Of a DNA stretch of 64,000 nucleotides, positions 30,135-38,364 are shown piece after piece (positions within the stretch are counted from its first letter, which is position 1; each line of letters begins with the position of its first letter). Under the pieces are notes generated by a model. That model made no database searches. It worked only from the letters and a program-made list of their open reading frames with translations, and had not been told where the DNA came from. Position numbers and translations under genes: made by a program. Location: sequence record DRR723986_697; one strand, given 5' to 3'.

Positions 30135-31208
30135 TCAGTTCCAGCCGGCCTTGTCATAGATCTCCTGCGCTTCGGACTGGTGGGTGCCCAGTTCATCCAG
30201 CGGGAAGTCGCTACGCTTGAAATCCGGCAGGGCCTCCAGCCCTTCTGGCAGCGGCGCGCCTTCGATCATCGGGTATTCCTTGGTTTCAAGCGTCAGCCAG
30301 CGCTGGCCATCGACACTGGCAAGCCATTCGATGAACCGGATCGCATTCTCGCGATGCGGCGCATTGGCCGCGATACCGGCGCCGGTGACATTCTCATGCG
30401 TGCCGGTCGTATCCTGTTCGGGAAAGCTGAGCTCCACCTTGGCGGCCGCGGCCTGCTGGCTCGGCGCGCCGGTGACCATGCGCACATAGTAGTAATGGTT
30501 CGTCAGGGCGACCGAACACTCTCCAGCAGCGATGGATTCGATCTGGGTAATGTCCCCGCCCTGCGGCGGACGGGCGAAATTGGCGACAACGCCATCAGCC
30601 CAGGCCTGAGCGGCATCGTGTCCCATCCGGCCGATCAATTCCCCCATCAGGGACAGATTATAGATATTGGTCGAGGAGCGCATGCAGACCTCGCCCTTGA
30701 AGCGCGGGTCGGCCAGGTCGCTGTAATGGGCCACTTCATCCGGCGTCACACGCTCCGGATCATACGCGATCACGCGCACACGGCGGGCGAGACCGAACCA
30801 GTACCCATCCTTCTGGCGGAAATGCTCCGGGATCTTTTCGTCCAGTACCGGATCCTGCACCGGCTGCAGCAGGCCGGCTGCTTCGAAACGGTACAGCGTG
30901 CCAGCATCGGACGAAATCACGACATCCGCCGGGCTCGCATCGCCTTCGGCTTTCATGGTTTCCAGAAGTTCCGGCGCACCCGATTCGCGGAAGCGGACCT
31001 TGATGCCGGTCTCCTCTTCAAAGGCCTTGTACATGGCCTTGTCGGAATCATAGTGGCGCGCGGAGTAAACATTGAGCACGCCCGCGTTTTGCGGCTTGTC
31101 CCCTGATTCAGCTACAGATCTGCCTGAATCCGAGACAGGCGTGCCCGGGTTCCCGCATGAGGCGAGAAGGACGGTGGCGGCGGTGAGCCATAGGCGAATT
31201 CCGGTCAT
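30135..31208 (-). CDS. Fe3+ ABC substrate-binding lipoprotein (FbpA/FutA-like)
   Basis: Lipobox LASC; VYSARH and NHYY iron-binding motifs. Confidence 0.9.
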   Translation of the reverse strand: MTGIRLWLTAATVLLASCGNPGTPVSDSGRSVAESGDKPQNAGVLNVYSARHYDSDKAMYKAFEEETGIKVRFRESGAPELLETMKAEGDASPADVVISSDAGTLYRFEAAGLLQPVQDPVLDEKIPEHFRQKDGYWFGLARRVRVIAYDPERVTPDEVAHYSDLADPRFKGEVCMRSSTNIYNLSLMGELIGRMGHDAAQAWADGVVANFARPPQGGDITQIESIAAGECSVALTNHYYYVRMVTGAPSQQAAAAKVELSFPEQDTTGTHENVTGAGIAANAPHRENAIRFIEWLASVDGQRWLTLETKEYPMIEGAPLPEGLEALPDFKRSDFPLDELGTHQSEAQEIYDKAGWN

Positions 31209-31247
31209 ATCAGAGCCTGCTTTCTGCTTTTCAGGCCATCAAACATA

Positions 31248-31266
31248 GTTGAGAATAATTCGCAAC
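31248..31266. promoter_or_regulatory. Fur-like iron box
   Basis: 19-bp 9-1-9 inverted repeat GTTGAGAAT-A-ATTCGCAAC (1 mismatch), 40 bp upstream of the Fe3+ ABC operon. Confidence 0.7.
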
Positions 31267-31402
31267 AAAGCGTTGTCGCGACCTTTTGCCCGTTTTTTGC
31301 ACATTGATAAGGAATTCTCCCGCTCCGGGAGAAAATGCTTCAAAATTCCTCTGGTTTCCGATTTACTAATTCGAAACCCGGGGAACATGGGGGTTGGTGG
31401 TT

Positions 31403-31657
31403 ATGACGACCGACATTGTGGTGGATCTAGGCTTGAAGTCGGCGGAAGAAGTCGCCCTTCTGGCAGTTGTGGTGGACGCATTCGTGCAGCAGTTCCTTGG
31501 ACGGAACCGCCAGGGCGATGCGCCGGACATGATGGTGCGCACCGCTTTCACGCCAGATGGTGAAGTTTCCAAGGCGGTGATCTTCCAGGATCGCAAATGG
31601 GCCGACGCCTTCGTCAATTTCTGGGAAGTCCAGAAAAACCAGGTCGACGCGGCCTGA
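31403..31657 (+). CDS. Small hypothetical protein
   Basis: 84-aa ORF with host-like codon usage filling the intergenic gap. Confidence 0.6.
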   Translation: MTTDIVVDLGLKSAEEVALLAVVVDAFVQQFLGRNRQGDAPDMMVRTAFTPDGEVSKAVIFQDRKWADAFVNFWEVQKNQVDAA

Positions 31658-31763
31658 GTTGGGCCTGACTTGGGCCGGATCCGGAATCCGCAATCAGGAC
31701 CATCTGCCGCCGCGTCAAAGCGGATAGTTCACCTTCTCGCGCAAAGGGCCTAAATGAAGGCCC

Positions 31764-32930
31764 ATGAGCCCGCCCCTGCCTCCGCCCATTTCGAGTTTTA
31801 CACCGAAAGTCGCCATCCTTGGTGCAGGCATTATTGGCCTTGCGACTGCCTTCGAGCTGGCCGTCAAACGCGGTGTGCCAGTGACGCTCTTCGATCCGGC
31901 TCCGATGGGCCGCGGCGCCAGTTGGGCCGCCGCTGGCATGCTGGCCCCGGCCTATGAAGCCGCTGCCGAAGAAGGTGTGCACCCGCACCTGTTCGAGCTC
32001 TGCATGGAAGGCGCCGAACTCTGGCCGGATTTCTCGATCGATCTTGCCCACGCGGCTGACACCGATTCCGGCTATAGCGCCCGCCCCTCCCTCGCGCTTG
32101 CCTTCGACAAGGCGGAGACAGCCGCCATGCACAAGCTCGCCCGCGCCCTGGACGCGCGCGGCATTGCGCATGAGGAACTCCCGCCTGCGACAGCACACCT
32201 GCTGGAACCTTCCATCGCGAAAGACCTGATCGCCGCCCTGCAGATGCCGACCGACGGACAGGTGGACAACCGCGCTGTCGTCCGTGCACTGATCATGGCC
32301 CTGCAGCGTAGCCCGCTGGCCACACTCCGCAGTGAGGCCGCGCCACTTCGCAGCGAAAGCGGGCGCCTGAAGCTGGAAGGGCATGACCTTATCCTGGCCG
32401 CCGGCGGCTGGAACACAGCCGCCATCAAGGTGGAAGAGAATGGTCAGAAGCTGAGCCTCGTGAACTGGGATCCAGCCCTCGACCAGATCGATTGCTATGG
32501 CGGCCAGATGCTGTCGGTCGCGCATGGCTATGGCTCGCCGGAAACGACGCTCCGCTGCGGCGCGATCTATATCGCTCCCAAAGCTGATCGCGTGATCATC
32601 GGCGCCACGGTGGAGCCGGGCATTGCCACTGAAACGCCAGAACCTGACGCCATCGCTGCTCTCCATGCCCGCGCTGCGCGCCTCTGCCCGGTGCTGGAAG
32701 ACCTGCCTGTGATCGAAACCTGGGCCGGGATCCGTCCCGGCACGCCGGATCGCGCTCCGATGATCGGGGCAACTGCTGCGCAGAACCTGTTCGTGGCGGC
32801 AGGCCATTACCGCAATGGCATCCTTCTGGCACCGATCACGGCACGGATCATTGCAGACCTCATGCTCTGCAAGCCGCTAAGCCCCCTGCATGAGAGCTTT
32901 TCGCCAAACCGTCTCTGCGCCGCCGCATAG
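31764..32930 (+). CDS. thiO: Glycine oxidase ThiO-like FAD-dependent oxidoreductase
   Basis: GAGIIG, ASWAAAGML, WAGIRP and GHYRNGILLAP motifs. Confidence 0.8.
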   Translation: MSPPLPPPISSFTPKVAILGAGIIGLATAFELAVKRGVPVTLFDPAPMGRGASWAAAGMLAPAYEAAAEEGVHPHLFELCMEGAELWPDFSIDLAHAADTDSGYSARPSLALAFDKAETAAMHKLARALDARGIAHEELPPATAHLLEPSIAKDLIAALQMPTDGQVDNRAVVRALIMALQRSPLATLRSEAAPLRSESGRLKLEGHDLILAAGGWNTAAIKVEENGQKLSLVNWDPALDQIDCYGGQMLSVAHGYGSPETTLRCGAIYIAPKADRVIIGATVEPGIATETPEPDAIAALHARAARLCPVLEDLPVIETWAGIRPGTPDRAPMIGATAAQNLFVAAGHYRNGILLAPITARIIADLMLCKPLSPLHESFSPNRLCAAA

Positions 32931-33087
32931 AATTTCCGACCCGAAAATTGGCCCGCGCCCTTGAAATCGCGATGCCCGTCGGCTAAGTCGGCCGCTCGGC
33001 GAGCCCCGCCTGAAAGCTGAAGGATGTCTGAAATGAAAAACGCACAGCACCTCGCCCTGCGTTCCAACTTCATTTCACGGCCCTTCC

Positions 33088-34683
33088 ATGACCAGCTTTC
33101 TCACACTCGACTCCCTCTCCCTTTCCACGCCTGACGGCACCCCGCTTTTCCGTGACCTGACGCTCTCGCTTGGCCGCGAGCGTGTTGGCCTTGTCGGCCG
33201 CAATGGCTCCGGCAAGTCAACTCTGCTGCGCGCCATCCTGGGCGACGCAATGCCTGCGAGCGGCAGCATTCACCGGAACGGCTCGATCGGCATGCTCCGG
33301 CAATCACTGAACGAAACGCTCGACCTTGCCGGCGCGCTTGGCATCACGGAATCGCTCGCATGCCTTGCCCGGCTGGAAGCCGGTGAAGGCAGCGTGGAAG
33401 ATGCCGCGGAGGCCGACTGGACCCTGCCATCGCGCGCCGCACAAGCCCTCGCCGACACAGGCCTACGCGATATCCCCATGGGTACACCCGTCGTAACACT
33501 TAGCGGCGGCGAACGCATGCGCGTCGCCCTCGCCCGGCAAATCCTCGAAGCACCGGACCTGCTCCTGCTGGATGAGCCGACCAACAATCTGGATACGGAG
33601 GGCCGTGAGGCGATTGCCGACATGCTGCGCACCTGGCCGGGTGGTCTGCTGATCGCCAGCCATGACCGGGCCCTTCTGGAACAGGTCGACCGTATCGTGG
33701 AGCTCTCCCCTGCCGGCCTCACCATATTCTCCGGTGGCTGGAGTGAATTTGCCGCCGCCCGCGATGCAGCCCGCGAAGCCGCCGAGGCGGATCTTGCCCG
33801 CGCCAGCGATGCGCTGAAACGCACACGAAAGAGCGCCCAGCAGGCGAAGGAACGCCAGGACCGGCGTGACAAGACCGGCCGCGCCGCCCGCGCGAAAGGA
33901 GATGCCCCGAAAATGCTGCTCGACAAGCGCCAGGAACGTGCCGAGGCCACCCGCGGCAAAGGCAGCGCGCTCGCCGCCAGACAGATGGCGGAGAGCGAAG
34001 AGGATCTCGCTGCCGCCCGCGCCCGTATGGAAATTCTGGCGCCGATCACGATGGACCTGCCGCCTTGCGACCTGCCCTCCGGCCGACGCCTGATCGGGTT
34101 CCGCGGCGTCGAAATGAAATTCGGCGACCGGCACCTGTTCGGTCCACTCGACTTCCAGCTGGCCGGTCCGGAACGGGTCGCCATCGCCGGGCCGAACGGA
34201 TCTGGCAAATCCACCCTGCTCCGCCTCGTCACGGGAGACCTTCAGCCCACCACTGGCACAGCCTCCCGCCTCACCGAAAATGTTGCCCTGCTGGACCAGC
34301 ATGTCAGCCTGCTGGTGCCCGGCCAAACGATCCTCGACAACATGCACCGGCTGAATCCTGGCCTCAGCGCCAACGCAGCCCATGCCGCCCTCGCCCGGTT
34401 CGGCTTCCGCAATGACGATGCCCTGCAGGTGGCCGGGACGCTCAGCGGCGGGGAAAGATTGCGCGCGGGGCTGGCATGCGTCTTTGCGTGTGAGACGCCG
34501 CCGGATCTGCTCATCCTGGACGAACCCACCAACCACCTGGACCTGCGCGCCATCGAAGCGCTCGAGACCGGCCTGAACGCCTGGGATGGCGCCATCCTGC
34601 TCGTCAGCCATGATCACACTTTCCTGAGCACGATCGGCGTGACGCGATTTTTGGAATTGCCCGCCAACGGAAAAGGGGCGTGA
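33088..34683 (+). CDS. ABC-F family ATPase
   Basis: Two NBDs (GRNGSGKS, GPNGSGKS; DEPTNNLD, DEPTNHLD), helical linker, no TM segments. Confidence 0.9.
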   Translation: MTSFLTLDSLSLSTPDGTPLFRDLTLSLGRERVGLVGRNGSGKSTLLRAILGDAMPASGSIHRNGSIGMLRQSLNETLDLAGALGITESLACLARLEAGEGSVEDAAEADWTLPSRAAQALADTGLRDIPMGTPVVTLSGGERMRVALARQILEAPDLLLLDEPTNNLDTEGREAIADMLRTWPGGLLIASHDRALLEQVDRIVELSPAGLTIFSGGWSEFAAARDAAREAAEADLARASDALKRTRKSAQQAKERQDRRDKTGRAARAKGDAPKMLLDKRQERAEATRGKGSALAARQMAESEEDLAAARARMEILAPITMDLPPCDLPSGRRLIGFRGVEMKFGDRHLFGPLDFQLAGPERVAIAGPNGSGKSTLLRLVTGDLQPTTGTASRLTENVALLDQHVSLLVPGQTILDNMHRLNPGLSANAAHAALARFGFRNDDALQVAGTLSGGERLRAGLACVFACETPPDLLILDEPTNHLDLRAIEALETGLNAWDGAILLVSHDHTFLSTIGVTRFLELPANGKGA

Positions 34684-34721
34684 TCCTGATGTGCTTGGCT
34701 GAAGCCAGCTGGGTGGAACAG

Positions 34722-34943
34722 TCACTTCCCTTGATCAGCCACGTTTTCAAGCCGAACTCCGACAGCCCTCGCTGCGGCAAGGGCTTTTCCAAGCTGTGCC
34801 GTCGGCTTGCCGGCTTCGAGATCGACAATGAAACGTTCTCCAGAGTTGATGGCCAGCGCGAGCTCGCGCTGGGTTATTCCCAGCGTTTTACGCGCGCCCG
34901 CGACCATGCTCCCAAATTCTTCTGCTGTTGTAATCATACCCAT
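34722..34943 (-). CDS. HipB/Y4mF-like XRE HTH regulator with no adjacent toxin
   Basis: RK.LGITQRELA...GERFIVDLEAGKPTAQLGK motif. Confidence 0.8.
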   Translation of the reverse strand: MGMITTAEEFGSMVAGARKTLGITQRELALAINSGERFIVDLEAGKPTAQLGKALAAARAVGVRLENVADQGK

Positions 34944-35010
34944 TCTTCCCGATCGGGAAGATTTTGAGAAAAACTAATTTTTGAGCCCTGAATTCTTACC
35001 GATCGGGAAG
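34944..35010. promoter_or_regulatory. Twin palindromic operators upstream of the HipB-like gene
   Basis: Perfect 18-bp TCTTCCCGATCGGGAAGA (34944-34961) and near-copy CTTACCGATCGGGAAG (34995-35010). Confidence 0.75.
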
Positions 35011-35012
35011 CT

Positions 35013-36050
35013 TTATGCAGCATCCGAACGATCAAGCTTGCCTGAAAACTGAACGGCTGGGCCGAGCAGGTCATATGCATCCGACAAGGAAAGTGACGGC
35101 CAGGGCTTCGGCCACACAACAGGATAATCTTCCGAGAAAAGCCTGTCGCCATCATTGAGGTCGCGGGCAACGCCCACCTGCTGAATGGCTCCCTGACGGT
35201 CAAGATAGCGCACTTCATCTCCGCAATAGCGAAATGACACAGCCCTGCGCCACTTGCCGGACCGATTGCCGCCAGAACCATGCACTGTCTTGACGTGATG
35301 AATAATCACGTCACCTGGCTCAACATCAAAAGACACGATGTCATATTTGTCCGGCTCCGCTTCAATGTCCGGACACCGCTTTTCCGGAGAGGAGCGAAAC
35401 GGTGTCTGCGATATGAAGACATTCGGCGCATAGGTTTCACCCCATTTGTGCGAGCCGCGAACATATTGCATTGCCCCGCTTTCCTGTGTCACCGGATCCA
35501 GAGCGATCCAGACGATGACGCATTGCTCCCCATCTATCTGGAAATAGGCAAGGTCCTGATGAAATGCCGTTTTCTGGCGCGTATGAGGGGCTTTGACAAA
35601 GGTCGTGTCCTCCCAGAAATTCAGGTATCGGGCGCCAAGCAGATCGCTGACCAGTTCGGGGAGGCGCGAATCAAAAGCAACTTCGCGGACGCCGCGATCG
35701 GATTTCCAGGCCGCCACATCATAGAAAAACATGCCCTCTCCTTCAGACAGCCCCTCTTCCTGCAGGGGTCGGGCGGAGAGATCTTCCCGAACCATTTCCT
35801 TCATCATAGCCATGTCGAAACGTTCTGCTGCGCCGGTATCGACCCGCCCTTCCGGGTCCCAGACCTGACTTGCCAGCGCCTCGAAATCATATCCTGTCGG
35901 AGACGTCCTCAGGCAGGAAATCTGTCTTGCGACAGCATTCTGAAGGTGACGGATTTCTTTTGGGGTAAGGACATTCCGTAAACAGAGGACACCGTCCTGC
36001 TCGAACGCCGAACGCTGATTGGGTGAGATAGGACTGGCCTTGTTGCTCAT
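35013..36050 (-). CDS. Phytanoyl-CoA dioxygenase family Fe(II)/2OG enzyme
   Basis: HQD motif, WIALD, GSHKW, PGDVIIHH..TVHGS..N and RRA motifs; 4-nt overlap with luxI. Confidence 0.88.
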   Translation of the reverse strand: MSNKASPISPNQRSAFEQDGVLCLRNVLTPKEIRHLQNAVARQISCLRTSPTGYDFEALASQVWDPEGRVDTGAAERFDMAMMKEMVREDLSARPLQEEGLSEGEGMFFYDVAAWKSDRGVREVAFDSRLPELVSDLLGARYLNFWEDTTFVKAPHTRQKTAFHQDLAYFQIDGEQCVIVWIALDPVTQESGAMQYVRGSHKWGETYAPNVFISQTPFRSSPEKRCPDIEAEPDKYDIVSFDVEPGDVIIHHVKTVHGSGGNRSGKWRRAVSFRYCGDEVRYLDRQGAIQQVGVARDLNDGDRLFSEDYPVVWPKPWPSLSLSDAYDLLGPAVQFSGKLDRSDAA

Positions 36051-36697
36051 CCGACCCTCCCTGCAGATGCCCGCCGCCTCGGGGACATATATTGCGCAAC
36101 AATATCCTCGGCATTGCGAAACCTGTCCAATTGCCGGTCGAGTGTTTGCTGATCGATCTTTGAAACTGCCGGAATCCAGGCCCAGTCATCCCCTTCGCGT
36201 CTTGGCAAGCCCAGCGGCTCTGTGGCCCAGACGCGCTGGACGAGGTTGTAGAATTTCTGATGTGTGAGCCAGCTCAGGCGGGAAATTCTCTTGTCGATGC
36301 AGAAAACTGTCAGGCCAATACCCAGCCGGCATCGAAAGCGGAAATCCTCGACCGGGTCAGGCATCAGCGATCTGTCGGTGACGAAGCGCGAGCACTCCCA
36401 GACGTCAGGACCAACCGGAAAGGGCTGCAGGTCACAATAATCAGCGAACAACTCGCTCAGCATATGCGGCTTCGTGGTCGGGTTGATCCTGGACGTTGCC
36501 ACCACCTGTCCATGATCATCCTGCACAATCACATAGACTGTGCTGTCGGTATCAAACTGGTCCTTGTCGTAGCCAGGTGAAATCCCGGGAATATCCCACC
36601 CCCACTCATCGACGACGATCCGGTAACGCATGCGGTACATCTCATCGAGGAGGTCGCGGTTCGCTTCACGCTTTTCGGGTGTGATGATCCTGAACAT
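36047..36697 (-). CDS. Acyl-homoserine lactone synthase (LuxI family)
   Basis: R.R....W.W, DQFD, SRINPT..PHML and WECSRF motifs. Confidence 0.92.
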   Translation of the reverse strand: MFRIITPEKREANRDLLDEMYRMRYRIVVDEWGWDIPGISPGYDKDQFDTDSTVYVIVQDDHGQVVATSRINPTTKPHMLSELFADYCDLQPFPVGPDVWECSRFVTDRSLMPDPVEDFRFRCRLGIGLTVFCIDKRISRLSWLTHQKFYNLVQRVWATEPLGLPRREGDDWAWIPAVSKIDQQTLDRQLDRFRNAEDIVAQYMSPRRRASAGRVG

Positions 36698-36751
36698 GCC
36701 AACAATCTCCTGAAGTCAGGAAACAGTCTGGACCGGATGGAGAAATCGGGA

Positions 36752-36771
36752 ATGTCCCCTTTCGGGGACTT
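36752..36771. promoter_or_regulatory. Candidate lux-type box (or RNA hairpin) upstream of luxI
   Basis: ATGTCCCCTTTCGGGGACTT palindrome centred about 64 bp upstream of the luxI ATG. Confidence 0.5.
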
Positions 36772-36773
36772 GA

Positions 36774-37502
36774 TCAGGGAAAAATCTGGTTCTTTGCGAT
36801 TGCCGAAGCAACCAGATGCGCCCGGTTCACGGTCTCGAGCTTGTCCCCGGCCCGGCGCAAGGTCTTCTTCACCGTGTCTTCCTGAATGCCCAGAATCTGT
36901 GCGATTTCCCAATTGGACTTGCCGGCCGCGGCAAACTGGACGCATTCGGTTTCACGGCGTGTGAGCTGGGCGACCTTTTGGTAGGGAAACGGTCCGAGCA
37001 GGTCTTCGAGATGATAATAGACGGTCTGGCAGACAATCTCGAGTTCCTTCACCTGCGTGGGCGAAAGCTCCAACTTGCTGGAGCCCCCCAGGGAGACGCC
37101 GCCCGACACGCTGTGCAGGGCATGCATTGGAAACATCATGCCATCGGTAATGCCATAATCATGGACCATATCCACAACCATCCGGCCGGCGCGGGAGGCA
37201 TGATCACGGGCTTCGGCCCAAGAGAATGGTCGCTTTGAGCGTAAAGCACAGATCGCGATCGGATCATGCAGGATCGCCATCTGGTTCCGACGGTGTTCCT
37301 TCAGTTCATCCGGCCAGTCAGAGACATACAGGATTTCCTTGAGCGGAACGTTTGCCGGGTTCACCAATTGCCCAAGAAATATGCGCTCAAACCCATAGTG
37401 CTCGATAAATCCGGACAATACAGCAATCGTGTCCTCGACCGTCTGCATGGATTGTACAGACCGGATTGCGTCAAGCACCGCGGAGCCATCATAGTCGCGC
37501 AT
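36774..37502 (-). CDS. LuxR family quorum-sensing regulator
   Basis: Autoinducer-binding DP..., PF.W and GMMFP motifs; C-terminal LTRRE...AAGKSNWEIAQIL HTH. Confidence 0.92.
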   Translation of the reverse strand: MRDYDGSAVLDAIRSVQSMQTVEDTIAVLSGFIEHYGFERIFLGQLVNPANVPLKEILYVSDWPDELKEHRRNQMAILHDPIAICALRSKRPFSWAEARDHASRAGRMVVDMVHDYGITDGMMFPMHALHSVSGGVSLGGSSKLELSPTQVKELEIVCQTVYYHLEDLLGPFPYQKVAQLTRRETECVQFAAAGKSNWEIAQILGIQEDTVKKTLRRAGDKLETVNRAHLVASAIAKNQIFP

Positions 37503-37859
37503 TCAGGATGCCTTTTCTCGTCAGACCCGGAAATCTATCTCAAAGACGGGATCGCACAATGCCTAATCCGGGTAGCACACCGATATCCCCTATTGGTTGT
37601 TTTTCTTGCGCCAAGAAGGAGAAAGCATTGCGTGCCCGGCCTTTCGATTAAACCTGCCTGACGGCAAGGCCAAGCGGCCCCCGCCCTGCAAGTCGTCATA
37701 CTGCCCATGCTTGTCACTCCCGGCCCTTTTTCTCTCTTTGGTTGTTTTTGGATTCGCCTTTTACGTCATTCTTCCTTATACTTCAATTCTCCGGGCAGCG
37801 CCGGGTTCGATTGCGCTTTCCCGGTTTTGACATGTCCTGTGACATCTCAGGAGAATCTG

Positions 37860-38345
37860 ATGGACGGCGCAAACGACCGGCACTCGCTATCGAATACGGC
37901 GGGCTCCCGAAGAATGAAGATTGAGGCGGCCCGGCGCATGATGACGGAAGGACACCCCGACGCCGCGGCGTCAATCCTCCGAAAGGTCACCGATACACGG
38001 TCAGATGACCTGCAAGCGAAATTCCTGCTTGCCGTAGCCCTCTACCGATCCGGCAAGTCTTCGGCTGCGTTACCCGAACCTGTTCGCTTGCGCACCGCAA
38101 AGGGCAGCGCCAGCCGGTTTTATATGGCACGTGTCTCCCGGTTCCGGGACCAGATCATCGACACGTTGAAACACGGCGAACTGGTTTCACTGGGCCTCCT
38201 CACCGACAAGGACATTGAAGCTTATGCTGTGCGCGATAGTTTCATGACCGAATCCTCAGGCGTCATGATGCTCTTCTACTATGGAATTGAATGCTGGCTC
38301 CGGACATGGGCGCGCCAGCAGGCCAATTCCTCATCTGACGCCTGA
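37860..38345 (+). pseudogene. Chimeric remnant: N-terminal TPR fragment fused to the C-terminal tail of an asparagine synthetase-like lasso cyclase
   Basis: AGGAG RBS and ATG at 37860; TPR-like helices to about 38069, then LPEPVRLRTAKG...GELVSLGLL...IECWLRTW resembling Asn-synthetase/lasso cyclase C-termini. Confidence 0.6.
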
Positions 38346-38364
38346 ACAATGCGATCCATTTCGC

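Noticed and set aside
31658-31763. TPP riboswitch upstream of the thiO-like gene
   Set aside because: No CTGAGA core or matching structure
37503-37859. Searched for a lasso precursor peptide between luxR and the chimeric ORF
   Set aside because: No short ORF with a convincing leader (penultimate Thr, Gly-start core, Asp/Glu at position 7-9) and RBS was found
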